Below the pieces are notes generated by a model. It searched no databases. It had not been told where the DNA came from and saw nothing but the letters and a program-made list of their open reading frames with translations. From Patescibacteria group bacterium (lineage in GTDB: Bacteria; Patescibacteriota; Minisyncoccia; Phycocordibacterales; UBA918), in NCBI GenBank assembly GCA_040386275.1, contig JAZKFU010000002.1:16858-80857 (forward strand): a stretch of DNA of 64,000 nucleotides. The letters are read 5' to 3'. Below are positions 39,677 through 49,048 of this stretch, in pieces (the first letter of the stretch is position 1; each line of letters starts with the position of its first letter). The translations under genes were made by a program, and so were the position numbers.

Positions 39677-40510
39677 ATGGCTCGTATCAACTCACAAGAA
39701 GTGTACAAAAATTTGCAAGTAGGCGGTATTTTTTTGGTGTTTGGATTGATGGTAAGTGGTCTTTTGTACGCAACGTATTCGTCACCTCAAAGTGAAGAAC
39801 TTGTGTCTAATGGCGCCTGTGTACCGATTGAAAGTAACATAAGTGAAAAGACAGTAGTACTTCGCGTGGATGATATTCAAGCGTATACCTGGGGTGAGAC
39901 CAGTATGAAAATGATACGTGATGCGGCGACTCGTAATATTCCCCTAACGGTTGGCGTAATCCCTACAGGAATAATAGAAGATGTTGCATTAATTAATTTT
40001 CTAAAAAGTAACGACTGCTCTTTAGAATTCGCGTTGCACGGGCTAACTCATAATTCACCAGCAGGTGACAATGTGCCAGAATTTGGTTCCTCTACTAAAG
40101 AGGAAGCGCTCACAAAAATATCTGAAGGACAAAATATTGTTGCGTCTTTTTCCTCCCATCCCATCTCAACCTGGATACCACCATTGAATATCCATTCGAC
40201 CGGAACTATCGCTGCGTTAGCTGAGTTGGGCTTTACTCATATCTCAGCCGAGGGACAAGGCCAATTTGATTATGATGCCACTACCTTTATCTACGGCGTA
40301 AATACGTTGGTGTCGCCAGAATCAGTGGTACAGACCTGCCGGAAGACATTTGAAACGAGTAATCACTGCATTGTCATGTTGCACCCACAAGAATTTGCTA
40401 ACGGGCTTAATCATGACGAAGCAAAATACAATCAGTATTACCTAGGGTTACTTGATGCGTTTGCTAAAGAAGGGGTGACATTCTCACGTCTCAAAGACCT
40501 TCCGTTGTAA
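39677..40510 (+). CDS. Polysaccharide deacetylase-like (NodB/DUF2334-like) protein
   Basis: N-terminal TM, 'VVLRVDDI' and 'ALHGLTHN' motifs reminiscent of NodB-homology deacetylases. Confidence 0.5.
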   Translation: MARINSQEVYKNLQVGGIFLVFGLMVSGLLYATYSSPQSEELVSNGACVPIESNISEKTVVLRVDDIQAYTWGETSMKMIRDAATRNIPLTVGVIPTGIIEDVALINFLKSNDCSLEFALHGLTHNSPAGDNVPEFGSSTKEEALTKISEGQNIVASFSSHPISTWIPPLNIHSTGTIAALAELGFTHISAEGQGQFDYDATTFIYGVNTLVSPESVVQTCRKTFETSNHCIVMLHPQEFANGLNHDEAKYNQYYLGLLDAFAKEGVTFSRLKDLPL

Positions 40511-40565
40511 AAAACAGTGTGAGGGGTGTGCTACCATTTAGGTATTACTTATTTACCACACTCTC

Positions 40566-41168
40566 ATGCTCACAAAACATCATTGGTTGATTATAGCGTT
40601 TTCTACCTCGTACCTACTAGCGGGCGGAATCTATTTTCTCAAAGATTTTAATAATGAATTTGTTATTTACGTAGCGGTCATCGTCGCTATCTTTATTGGT
40701 GTATTTTCCACGTTACGTAAAACGTTATTTCCTGTCTGGATGTTGTGTTTATTATCTATCTGGGGACTTATGCATGTTGCAGGCGGTGCTGTGCAAATAG
40801 GAGATCACGTATTATTTGCCCATCGCATCTATCCGTTTCTAGATTATGGTGGTGATTTTTACATATTAAAATATGATCAGGTGGTACATGCATATTTGTA
40901 TGGATTGGTGGCATTAATGGCGCACCATACGCTGCGCGTTCCGCTTAAGGTAACAGGGCACGTATTTTTAGTCGGTTTAGCAGCAGCCATGATTTCACTT
41001 GGCATCAGTGGCTTAAATGAAATCATGGAATTTTTGATTGCGGTAACGCTTGAAGAGAACGGTGTGGGTGGCTATGAAAACGCGATGTTAGATTTAATAT
41101 TTAACTTCAGTGGAGCGGTCCTGGCGTTATTGCTTTTGTGTATAGTAAGGAGAGCAGGGCGGAATTAA
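40566..41168 (+). CDS. Hypothetical integral membrane protein, 200 aa
   Basis: 5-6 TM helices with no catalytic motif recognised. Confidence 0.5.
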   Translation: MLTKHHWLIIAFSTSYLLAGGIYFLKDFNNEFVIYVAVIVAIFIGVFSTLRKTLFPVWMLCLLSIWGLMHVAGGAVQIGDHVLFAHRIYPFLDYGGDFYILKYDQVVHAYLYGLVALMAHHTLRVPLKVTGHVFLVGLAAAMISLGISGLNEIMEFLIAVTLEENGVGGYENAMLDLIFNFSGAVLALLLLCIVRRAGRN

Positions 41169-41234
41169 CCTTATAATTTTGCGTTACCGGTATATTTTGG
41201 TAGGATACTAGCACTCATGAAAATTGGGTAGTCA

Positions 41235-41307
41235 GCCATCATAGCTCAGTTGGTAGAGCATCGCCATGGTAAGGCGAAGGTCAACAGTTCGATTCTGTTT
41301 GATGGCT
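41235..41307 (+). tRNA. tRNA-Thr, anticodon GGU
   Basis: Acceptor GCCATCA/TGATGGC, anticodon stem TCGCC/GGCGA, loop ATGGTAA, T-arm AACAG-TTCGATT-CTGTT. Followed by terminator hairpin AAACCCCCGC-TTGG-CGGGGGTTT. Confidence 0.8.
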
Positions 41308-41342
41308 CAAAATGGAAACCCCCGCTTGGCGGGGGTTTGTGC

Positions 41343-41591
41343 TTACTTACTGCAAAACTTGCAGAGGACTTTCTTTTTGGGTTTGCGGCTCACAATGTTT
41401 TCACGCTCACATTTCTGGCACACAAACGAGTAGTTTCCCGATTCAGTGGCCCGAACGACAATCTTTTTTCTCTGACTGTTTTTGGATATGCCAACGATGC
41501 TACTGAATTGGTCTCGGTATCCAATGGCGACCGACGCAATAATGGTAGCTACTGCAAGTGCGGTAAAGTCGATTGACGGCTTTTTATTCAT
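41343..41591 (-). CDS. Small membrane-anchored protein with C-terminal CxxC-x17-CxxC zinc ribbon
   Basis: Start at internal Met (MNKKPSIDF). Hydrophobic N-terminus and 'CQKCERE...CKFCSK'. Confidence 0.4.
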   Translation of the reverse strand: MNKKPSIDFTALAVATIIASVAIGYRDQFSSIVGISKNSQRKKIVVRATESGNYSFVCQKCERENIVSRKPKKKVLCKFCSK

Positions 41592-41645
41592 AACCAAAAC
41601 CTCGTAAGTGGTGACTTTTTCTGTGCCTGTTATACTACACCCATT

Positions 41646-42518
41646 ATGGTAAATCCAGCACAACGTATTGCCGAAATCGAAAGCGCTATGCTCGCGAATG
41701 ATTTTTGGCAGAACCCCGCCAAAGCTCAGGCGATGATTAAAGAACTGCAGGAACTAAAAGATACAGCTGATGGTAAAGGAAAATTTGATCGTAATAACGC
41801 GATTATGACTATTGTTGCCGGAGCCGGTGGGGACGATGCTGAAGATTTTGCGCGGATGCTCCGGGACATGTATCAAAAATATGCCGTTAGTCGCGGGTGG
41901 GGAGTGCTCGAAGTTGATAGTAACCAAAATGATAACGGTGGCTACCGTAACCTAACGCTCGAGATTCAAGGAAAAAATGCGTATGGAACGTTGCGTGTTG
42001 AATCAGGAGTTCATCGACTGGTGCGCATCTCGCCTTTTAATAGTAACGGTAAACGGCAAACCTCATTTGTCCTGATTGAAGTATCGCCACAAATTGAAGA
42101 TGTCTCTGCAGTAGCCATTCCCGATGAGGACATCGAAGTGACCTTTGCTCGTTCCGGTGGGGCTGGTGGGCAAAATGTTAATAAGCGAGAGACTGCAGTG
42201 CGGATGACACATATTCCCACAAATATTTCTGTTCACGTATCAACGGAACGTTCTCAGCAACAAAATCGAGAGTTAGCCTTGAAATTATTGGCAGGAAAAC
42301 TTTTTTCTTTTGAAGAAGCCCAACGTGCCCGTGAGCTTGCAGGGCTCTCAATAGAGAAGTCAGTTAAAATTGAATGGGGGAGTCAGATTCGTTCGTATGT
42401 TCTGCATCCGTATCAATTGGTCAAAGATCACCGTACCAATGTGGAAATACGTAACATATCTCCCATTTTAGAAGGTGATATACAGGTCTTCCTAGACGCG
42501 CACCCTCAGGTAGCGTAA
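41646..42518 (+). CDS. prfB: Peptide chain release factor 2 (short form, no frameshift site seen)
   Basis: 'SPF' tripeptide anticodon motif, GGQ motif ([10 protein letters not shown]), 290 aa. No CUU-UGA frameshift context upstream. Confidence 0.85.
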   Translation: MVNPAQRIAEIESAMLANDFWQNPAKAQAMIKELQELKDTADGKGKFDRNNAIMTIVAGAGGDDAEDFARMLRDMYQKYAVSRGWGVLEVDSNQNDNGGYRNLTLEIQGKNAYGTLRVESGVHRLVRISPFNSNGKRQTSFVLIEVSPQIEDVSAVAIPDEDIEVTFARSGGAGGQNVNKRETAVRMTHIPTNISVHVSTERSQQQNRELALKLLAGKLFSFEEAQRARELAGLSIEKSVKIEWGSQIRSYVLHPYQLVKDHRTNVEIRNISPILEGDIQVFLDAHPQVA

Positions 42519-42521
42519 AAT

Positions 42522-43214
42522 GTGGTATCTATGATTTACTTTGATAATGTTTCCAAGCTCTACAACGGCGGACGCTCGGCTGCAATCGAAGAAGTTACCT
42601 TTCAAATTGATCCCAAAGAGTTTGTGTCAATTGTAGGACATTCGGGAGCGGGTAAGTCTACGTTGCTTAAAATGATTATTGCCGAAGATAGACCTACCTC
42701 AGGTCAGGTATTTTTTGAATCCCTTGATATTCATAAGATTCCACGCACCCGATTGCCACACTACCGACGTAAAATTGGTACGGTGTTTCAAGACTTCAAA
42801 TTACTCCCTCACAAGACCGCCTACGAAAACATTGCCTTTGCGATGGAAGCTAACGGGCGGACCGATGAAGAAATTGCCGAAAACGTACCCCAAGCTCTTG
42901 CCTTGGTTGATCTTAGTGATAAAGCCTGGAATTTCCCTGGTGAACTATCAGGCGGTGAAAAACAAAGAGTGGCGATTGCCCGAGCGATTGTGAATCAGCC
43001 AGATATTATTATTGCGGATGAACCCACCGGAAATCTTGACCCCATTGCTACCTACGAAGTGGTGCAGATTCTACGCAAAATTAATGATCTCGGAACAACC
43101 GTTGTGATGACAACGCACAATAAAGGAGTGATTGATGAGTTAGGGAGACGCGTGATTACTATGGATGGTGGTCGGATTATGCGTGACGATCAAAATGGTA
43201 AATACGTCCTATAA
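42522..43214 (+). CDS. ftsE: Cell division ATP-binding protein FtsE
   Basis: ABC ATPase with Walker A 'GHSGAGKST', signature 'LSGGEKQRVAIARA', Walker B 'IIIADEPTGNLD'. Confidence 0.85.
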   Translation: MVSMIYFDNVSKLYNGGRSAAIEEVTFQIDPKEFVSIVGHSGAGKSTLLKMIIAEDRPTSGQVFFESLDIHKIPRTRLPHYRRKIGTVFQDFKLLPHKTAYENIAFAMEANGRTDEEIAENVPQALALVDLSDKAWNFPGELSGGEKQRVAIARAIVNQPDIIIADEPTGNLDPIATYEVVQILRKINDLGTTVVMTTHNKGVIDELGRRVITMDGGRIMRDDQNGKYVL

Positions 43215-43223
43215 TATATTGAT

Positions 43224-44126
43224 ATGGTAACAAGCTTGAGAAGAATATTTAAAGCGGGGTTTGTAGGGTTTTGGCGCAATGCCTACGTTTCTCTGGCATC
43301 TATTTTTGTGATCACCGTCGCGTTATTTGTGATTGGTTCAACCATGCTGATTGACCAACTCCTCGGGGCTTCACTCGCCCAGCTCCAAGCTAAAGTTGAT
43401 ATTAACGTCTATTTCGTTCCATCAGCTCCGCAGGAAGAAATTGATACCTTAATAAATTCCGTTAAAGCCTTACCTGACGTAGAGCGCGTAACCTACACCT
43501 CACGTGATGATGCCTTGGCTGAGTACCGAGCTAAAAATCAAAATGACAGCGTCGCTATGCAGGCGCTTGATGAACTGCGTGAGAATCCATTAGGAGCGAC
43601 TATTGCGGTACAAGCTAAAGAGACCTCACAGTACGAAAATATCAACCGCTATCTTGAAGAGCAAAAGAATCCGATTATTGATGAAATCAACTACACGAAA
43701 AACAAAGAATCAATTGGAAAATTAAGTTCTATTATTGGAGCAGTTGAACAAGCCAGTTTTGTAGCCTTGATGGTCTTGATTATGGCCTCAGTGTTGATTA
43801 CGTTTAACACCATTCGGTTGGCTATCTTTACCGCCAAAGAAGAAATTTCCGTCATGCGATTGGTAGGGGCAAGTAATATGTATATTCGTGGTCCGTTTAT
43901 GTTGCAAGGAGTAATGTACGGTGTCGTATCAGGAGTAATAGCGCTCGCTATCTTGTACCCGATTGTATTGTGGCTTGGTCCTAAAACAGCAGAATTCTTT
44001 GAGATAAATATCTTTGATTACTTTGTTAACAATTTTGCCTATATCTTCTTAGTGCTCGTAGGAATTGGTGTTACCTTGGGATTGGTCTCAAGTGTACTCG
44101 CCATTACCCGTTATCTTCGCGTTTAA
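43224..44126 (+). CDS. ftsX: Cell division permease FtsX
   Basis: 300 aa with 4 TM helices and periplasmic loop. Immediately downstream of ftsE. Confidence 0.8.
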   Translation: MVTSLRRIFKAGFVGFWRNAYVSLASIFVITVALFVIGSTMLIDQLLGASLAQLQAKVDINVYFVPSAPQEEIDTLINSVKALPDVERVTYTSRDDALAEYRAKNQNDSVAMQALDELRENPLGATIAVQAKETSQYENINRYLEEQKNPIIDEINYTKNKESIGKLSSIIGAVEQASFVALMVLIMASVLITFNTIRLAIFTAKEEISVMRLVGASNMYIRGPFMLQGVMYGVVSGVIALAILYPIVLWLGPKTAEFFEINIFDYFVNNFAYIFLVLVGIGVTLGLVSSVLAITRYLRV

Positions 44127-44128
44127 GT

Positions 44129-45820
44129 ATGTCCAAAAAAACCTCACTACCTGTCAAGAAAAAATCTCTCACTGACACGGTAGCTTCCACCCCCAAATAT
44201 ATATTTGTGGTCGGTGGTGTAATGAGTGGAGTGGGCAAAGGGATTACCTCTTCGTCTATTGCACTCATTTTACAATCACGTGGCCTTACTGTCACCGCCC
44301 TTAAAGTTGATCCGTACATCAATGTGGATGCTGGTACCATGAACCCCACCGAACACGGTGAGTGTTTTGTACTTAATGATGGTTTAGAAACTGATCAAGA
44401 CATGGGTAACTACGAACGTTTTTTAAATGTAGATTTACCGAGTATTAACTACATGACGACCGGTAGTGTCTACCAGTCGGTAATTCAAAAAGAACGTAAC
44501 CTCGAGTACAAAGGTAAGACAGTGGAAGTAGTGCCGGATATCCCCCTAGAAGTAATTTCTCGCATCAAAAAAGCCTCCGCCCAAGCCCAGGCTGACGTCA
44601 CGTTAATTGAAGTGGGAGGAACGGTGGGTGAATACCAAAACGTATTGTTTTTGGAAGCGATTCGAATGATGAAAGGAGAGACGCCTGACGATATAGCGGT
44701 CGTGATGGTGAGCTACTTACCGGTGCCGGGTAGTATTGGAGAAATGAAAACCAAGCCTACCCAAACAGCGGTGCGGACTTTAAATAACGCGGGAGTATTT
44801 GCAGATGTCATTATCGCCCGTTCGCCAGTAGGGGTTGATGTAAAACGGAAAGAAAAAATCTCTCGGTTCTGTAACGTAAAGATGGAGAATGTTATTTCTG
44901 CGCCTGACGTGCCGAGTATTTACGATATCCCGCTTAACTTTGAAAAGGACAATCTTTCTACTCGCTTGTGTGATTTATTGAAAATTGGGAAATGTAAACC
45001 AACTGATCTTAAGGCCTGGAAACAATTTGTCGCGCATAGTAAAAATGGTAAAGACACAGTTAAAATTGCTGTGGTTGGTAAATATCTCACGTCAGGGGAC
45101 TTTGTGTTATCAGACGTCTATATTTCAGTAATTGAAGCCATAAAATATTCCACCTATAAACTCGGTCTAAAACCAATTATCGAATACCGGTCATCACTTG
45201 AGTTTGAAGATGGTAAAAAATTAGCTGATCTTAAAAAGTATGATGGAGTGCTGGTACCGGGAGGATTTGGTAAAACAGGCGTAGAAGGCAAGTTGCGGGT
45301 GATTGAGTATGTACGAAAAAACAACATACCGTATTTCGGAATTTGTTACGGTATGCAGTTGGCTGTCCTAGAATACGCCCGTAATATACTAAAGTTAAAA
45401 GACGCCAGTACCGAAGAAATTAATCCTAAAGCCACGGACTTAGTGGTCGGTATTATGCCCGAACAACGTGAAAATATTGCCCGGTCAGATATGGGTGGAA
45501 CGATGCGGCTCGGTGCCTACACCGCGCGACTAACGCCAAAATCCCAAGCCGCGCTCGCCTATAAAACTTCCGAAATCACCGAACGCCACCGCCATCGGTA
45601 CGAAATTAATCCGGACTACGTAGAGCGATTAGAAACGGCCGGTATGGTGTTTTCGGGAAAGTCTTCAGACAAACGATTGATGGAAATTGTCGAACTTCCA
45701 AAAACAGTCCACCCATTTTTCGTAGCTACTCAGTTTCATCCGGAATTAATCGCCCGTCCTCTCAGGCCGCACCCCCTCTTCACGGCGTTTGTTAAGAGTT
45801 CATATGAATCAAAGAAGTAA
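44129..45820 (+). CDS. pyrG: CTP synthase
   Basis: 563 aa with synthetase domain plus class-I glutamine amidotransferase domain (GICYGMQ, catalytic Cys). Confidence 0.9.
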   Translation: MSKKTSLPVKKKSLTDTVASTPKYIFVVGGVMSGVGKGITSSSIALILQSRGLTVTALKVDPYINVDAGTMNPTEHGECFVLNDGLETDQDMGNYERFLNVDLPSINYMTTGSVYQSVIQKERNLEYKGKTVEVVPDIPLEVISRIKKASAQAQADVTLIEVGGTVGEYQNVLFLEAIRMMKGETPDDIAVVMVSYLPVPGSIGEMKTKPTQTAVRTLNNAGVFADVIIARSPVGVDVKRKEKISRFCNVKMENVISAPDVPSIYDIPLNFEKDNLSTRLCDLLKIGKCKPTDLKAWKQFVAHSKNGKDTVKIAVVGKYLTSGDFVLSDVYISVIEAIKYSTYKLGLKPIIEYRSSLEFEDGKKLADLKKYDGVLVPGGFGKTGVEGKLRVIEYVRKNNIPYFGICYGMQLAVLEYARNILKLKDASTEEINPKATDLVVGIMPEQRENIARSDMGGTMRLGAYTARLTPKSQAALAYKTSEITERHRHRYEINPDYVERLETAGMVFSGKSSDKRLMEIVELPKTVHPFFVATQFHPELIARPLRPHPLFTAFVKSSYESKK

Positions 45821-45859
45821 ATCAAGTATACTTAATTAATTACCTTTAAATTTTAAAAT

Positions 45860-46150
45860 ATGCATCAAGGAAATTGGACCTGTAGTACCTGCGGGGGAGC
45901 GATTACGCAACTACCGTTTGAACCCCGAAGCAACAGTGGCTTAACCTGTAGTGCTTGTTTTGCTAAAAGCCGGAATACCTCTGCTCCTACTGAAGGAGAA
46001 TCCTCAGACACTCCCGCTGGAGAAAAACCAAAAGTAGCCGGCAGTTGGACGTGCAGTGGTTGCGGCGCTCCCATCACGAGCCTCCCCTTCACCCCAAGAG
46101 ACACCTCAAACCTAAAGTGCCTAGACTGTTTCAAAAAAAGCAAAGCCTAG
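45860..46150 (+). CDS. Tandem double zinc-ribbon small protein, 96 aa
   Basis: Two repeats of 'W(T)CSxCGxxITxLPFxPR-x6-LxCxxCFxKS', giving 4 CxxC pairs. Confidence 0.5.
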   Translation: MHQGNWTCSTCGGAITQLPFEPRSNSGLTCSACFAKSRNTSAPTEGESSDTPAGEKPKVAGSWTCSGCGAPITSLPFTPRDTSNLKCLDCFKKSKA

Positions 46151-46287
46151 CCCGTTTACAGAACCGGTTGAACAAATCCCCAAAATAAGCTACTATTGCC
46201 CAGCAACAACGAGCCGTTAGCGGCTAGGCTTTGATGTCCAATCGTTGGGTGGAGGGGCGGGCGCTCTTGCCCCTTCACTGCAAATTT

Positions 46288-46443
46288 TGCCTGATCGTCT
46301 AATGGTAAGCAAAGCTTTCTTGAACGGCACTCAGACAATACATACAAGCAAGCTTTAATGTAAGTCTTCGTTTGTTCAAGTAGGACTCTGGTTTTTGGTA
46401 CCAGCTATTGAGGAAAGAATTCTAAGAATTCGAGTCTCATAGG
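46288..46443 (+). pseudogene. Degraded duplicate of tRNA-Gln interrupted in the D-loop by a 74-nt insertion
   Basis: TGCCTGATCGTCTAATGGTA matches the tRNA-Gln 5' part. After the 46308-46381 insertion, AGGACTCTGGTTTTTGGTACCAGCTATTG continues (anticodon arm intact), but the T-arm and acceptor 3' strand are divergent (GAATTCTAAGAATTCGAGTCTCATAGG). Confidence 0.45.
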
Positions 46444-46456
46444 AAACTAAATTAAT

Positions 46457-46527
46457 TGCCTGATCGTCTAATGGTAGGACTCTGGTTTTTGGTACCAGCT
46501 ATTGGGGTTCGAGTCCCTGTCAGGCAG
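46457..46527 (+). tRNA. tRNA-Gln, anticodon UUG
   Basis: Acceptor TGCCTGA/TCAGGCA, anticodon stem CTGGT/ACCAG, loop TTTTGGT, T-loop TTCGAGT, discriminator G, no CCA. Confidence 0.8.
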
Positions 46528-46763
46528 CGAGTAGAAAAGACATCCCTCGGGATGTTTTTTCGTATCGCTGCCTGACAGGCGCAGCTTTCTGAAAGAAAGC
46601 GTCTGCGCGGACTCGAAAAGGTTGCCAGCTATTTTGAAAAAATAGCGACTGATAATTGAATGAGTGAAATGAAAATTTATTTTCATTTCCGAGTGAATGC
46701 AATCAGGAAGCTTTGCTTACAACCTGTACTGAAGCTGTAAGCTTCGAGTCCCTGTCAGGCAGC
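46528..46763 (+). repeat. tRNA-3'-end composite repeat unit (subfamily 1) downstream of tRNA-Gln
   Basis: Hairpin AAAAGACATCCC-TCGG-GATGTTTTTT. Inverted copy CGCTGCCTGACAGG-[CGCAGCTTTCTGAAAGAAAGCGTCTGCGC]-GGACTCGAA (46566-46617). Core AAGGTTGCCAGCTATTTTGAAAAAATAGCGACTG...GAGTGAA...GCTTACAACCTGTACTGAAGCTGTAAGC shares about 85% with the unit at 16021-16160. Direct copy TTCGAGTCCCTGTCAGGCAGC (46743-46763). Confidence 0.6.
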
Positions 46764-46836
46764 AAAATATTGACAATAAAATTTATTATTGTATTATCAA
46801 ATTTAAATAGCTCATTAAATCTTAGAGGAGGTGCTA

Positions 46837-47448
46837 ATGACACGTTCAACTATTGCCCGGATCAATGCGATCTGGGGTCTGCTGGGTGGAGATGAGGTTG
46901 TTGACCAAATTCTTTCTGGGAAGAAGGTGGTGCGGGTTGAAAATTCATACATCAGCTCTGATTCTCAACAGGCACAGCTTCCCAAGCACCAAATCAACAC
47001 CCAGGAGTTCTATGCTCAGCAGGGATGGTTGAATGTAAGGTCAGATTTGAAAGAGTTGCTAAATACTGGGTTGCTCGGTTCCAATGTAATGGTTGAAAGT
47101 ACAGCATTCCATTATCTTGACCTTAATGAGCCAAAAACAGGTCATCAGATTTTAGAACATATTTCTCCGAAGGGTGTGTTTAGAAATCCAGTGAACTTCT
47201 TTGCGTACTTATCAATACTGATCAGTGCGCAGCGCATGTTTCCTCTCCAGGAAGTTTTGGCAGATGAAGGTTTAGCAAGTATCTTTTTTGTTCATCATAA
47301 TGGTGTCGAGTACGCAGTCGTTGCTTATGTTGGAGACTCCAATCATGTGGATGAATTGACAGAATGCAACCTCGAGTGGAATTGTACCCTCTACGATCTT
47401 GGGGAAGAGTTTGGTGTCGGAGACAGAGTTTTTTATCAGACTCACTGA
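46837..47448 (+). CDS. Hypothetical protein, 203 aa
   Basis: GAGGAGG SD 6 nt upstream of ATG. No recognised domain. Lies immediately distal to the tRNA-Gln repeat unit. Confidence 0.5.
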   Translation: MTRSTIARINAIWGLLGGDEVVDQILSGKKVVRVENSYISSDSQQAQLPKHQINTQEFYAQQGWLNVRSDLKELLNTGLLGSNVMVESTAFHYLDLNEPKTGHQILEHISPKGVFRNPVNFFAYLSILISAQRMFPLQEVLADEGLASIFFVHHNGVEYAVVAYVGDSNHVDELTECNLEWNCTLYDLGEEFGVGDRVFYQTH

Positions 47449-47606
47449 GCGGCATTTAAGCTCACAGGAACAGGCCACGGCCAGATTTCTGTGGGCTGTT
47501 TTTGTGTATAAGTTCTAACATTGTCCCATACAGCCAGCACAATAAGTAATTTGTCCAATATTACGCCTTAGTGTAGGGGAAAATAAGACCGGGTCACGAT
47601 TGCGTC

Positions 47607-48407
47607 ATGGTACCATCAGTTCACATGAATTCCTCAAGTATAACCTTACCTACTACCATTGATGAAGTGATTGCGCATTTAGATGCTATCGTATTAACGT
47701 GTGAAGCTACGGGTTGTCGGATGGGTTATTTCCCCGCAATGTACAATCGGGTCACGAGACAAGTTAAGCAGCGCATCCTCGAAGGGTCTTTTGAAGATAA
47801 CGAACGCATGGAGCGGTTTGATGTTATTTTTGCTAACCGGTACTTAGTCGCGTACTATGCGTACGCCCAAAATAAGCCGTGTTCTGAATCGTGGAAAATA
47901 ACGTTTGAGGCGTCTAAAAAATGGAGCCCAATGGTGATTCAGCATTTGATTGCCAGTATGAATGCACACATTTGTTTAGATCTGGGTATATCAGCGGCAG
48001 AAACCGAAACACACAATTTACTGTCACTAAAAAATGACTTTGATCAGGTTAATGACATATTAGATTCACTGATTGAAGAAGTTGAAGCAGAACTTCGAGA
48101 AATATTTCATCCACTGACAACCTTTGATAAAATAACGGGAAACTCATATTGGCCCATTGCTCATCTGGGCATTATCAAATCTCGTACTGATGCTTGGCAT
48201 GTAGCTGAAGCATACGCCCAACTACAAACAGATAAAGAACGACAAATATTCATTCAGTTGCGTGATCATCACGTGGCGGTGATTGGAAAGAGGATTCTGC
48301 AACCGCCTAAACTGGTACGACTGCTGGTCGGAAAGGTGCGTGATTTTGAGAAAGGTACGGTTGCGGATAAAGTACACATTATGAATCGGAAAATTGTTCG
48401 CAACTAA
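47607..48407 (+). CDS. Hypothetical protein, 266 aa
   Basis: ORF only. Predicted helical with no recognised motif. Confidence 0.5.
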   Translation: MVPSVHMNSSSITLPTTIDEVIAHLDAIVLTCEATGCRMGYFPAMYNRVTRQVKQRILEGSFEDNERMERFDVIFANRYLVAYYAYAQNKPCSESWKITFEASKKWSPMVIQHLIASMNAHICLDLGISAAETETHNLLSLKNDFDQVNDILDSLIEEVEAELREIFHPLTTFDKITGNSYWPIAHLGIIKSRTDAWHVAEAYAQLQTDKERQIFIQLRDHHVAVIGKRILQPPKLVRLLVGKVRDFEKGTVADKVHIMNRKIVRN

Positions 48408-48517
48408 CGTGCGTTCTTAAAGGGGAGAGAGGGTTGGTGGGAAATGACAAGAGTATATCCTAATACCATACAGAGTTGTTTTCGTTATAGTAGCCATACT
48501 GTGCTACTATAAAAAAT

Positions 48518-48949
48518 ATGAAAAAGATTATTGTAATTATTATCGGAATCCTAGTTTTGCTCGGTGGTTACTATGCCTATATATACTGGGCTTTAGGAAA
48601 TGATAGTGTCTCTCATACCAATCAAGACACGAGTGTGAAGTTTGATTATTTAGAAGGACTTGAACCGGAAGTGTATAAAACAGTTGATGCTCAAACTGGT
48701 GGCGTGTGGGATAAAAAACTCACTCTTACTGCCATTGAAGTGTCACAAAATGCGGCGTACGGCACTTGGATAGCCAATGACGCGTGGACTTGGATTGCCT
48801 GGAAGGGGACTGGTCAGCAATGGAAGACCCTTGTAAGTTTAGACGGGTTTGATTGCGAAGCATTACAAACAGTCCCGACAGAATACTCAGACTTTTTTTA
48901 CGACAGTACTCATGTAAATGGAGAGCAGTATTGTTATACTCATGAATAG
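48518..48949 (+). CDS. Hypothetical membrane-anchored/secreted protein, 143 aa
   Basis: N-terminal TM/signal 'MKKIIVIIIGILVLLGG', Trp-rich extracytoplasmic domain. Followed by terminator AAAAACAACCGCC-TGCTA-GGCGGTTGTTTTTTT (approx 48990-49025). Confidence 0.5.
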   Translation: MKKIIVIIIGILVLLGGYYAYIYWALGNDSVSHTNQDTSVKFDYLEGLEPEVYKTVDAQTGGVWDKKLTLTAIEVSQNAAYGTWIANDAWTWIAWKGTGQQWKTLVSLDGFDCEALQTVPTEYSDFFYDSTHVNGEQYCYTHE

Positions 48950-49048
48950 AAACTGTTTCTACTAAAGAAAGGGAAGAGATACCACATCAAAATCTATACA
49001 AAAACAACCGCCTGCTAGGCGGTTGTTTTTTTAATGCTTAAAGGAAAA

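Noticed and set aside
41250-41576. 108-aa plus-strand ORF and 64-aa ORF overlapping tRNA-Thr
   Set aside because: They overlap a well-formed tRNA and its terminator. The minus-strand small zinc-ribbon gene (41343-41591) is a better explanation of the downstream region.
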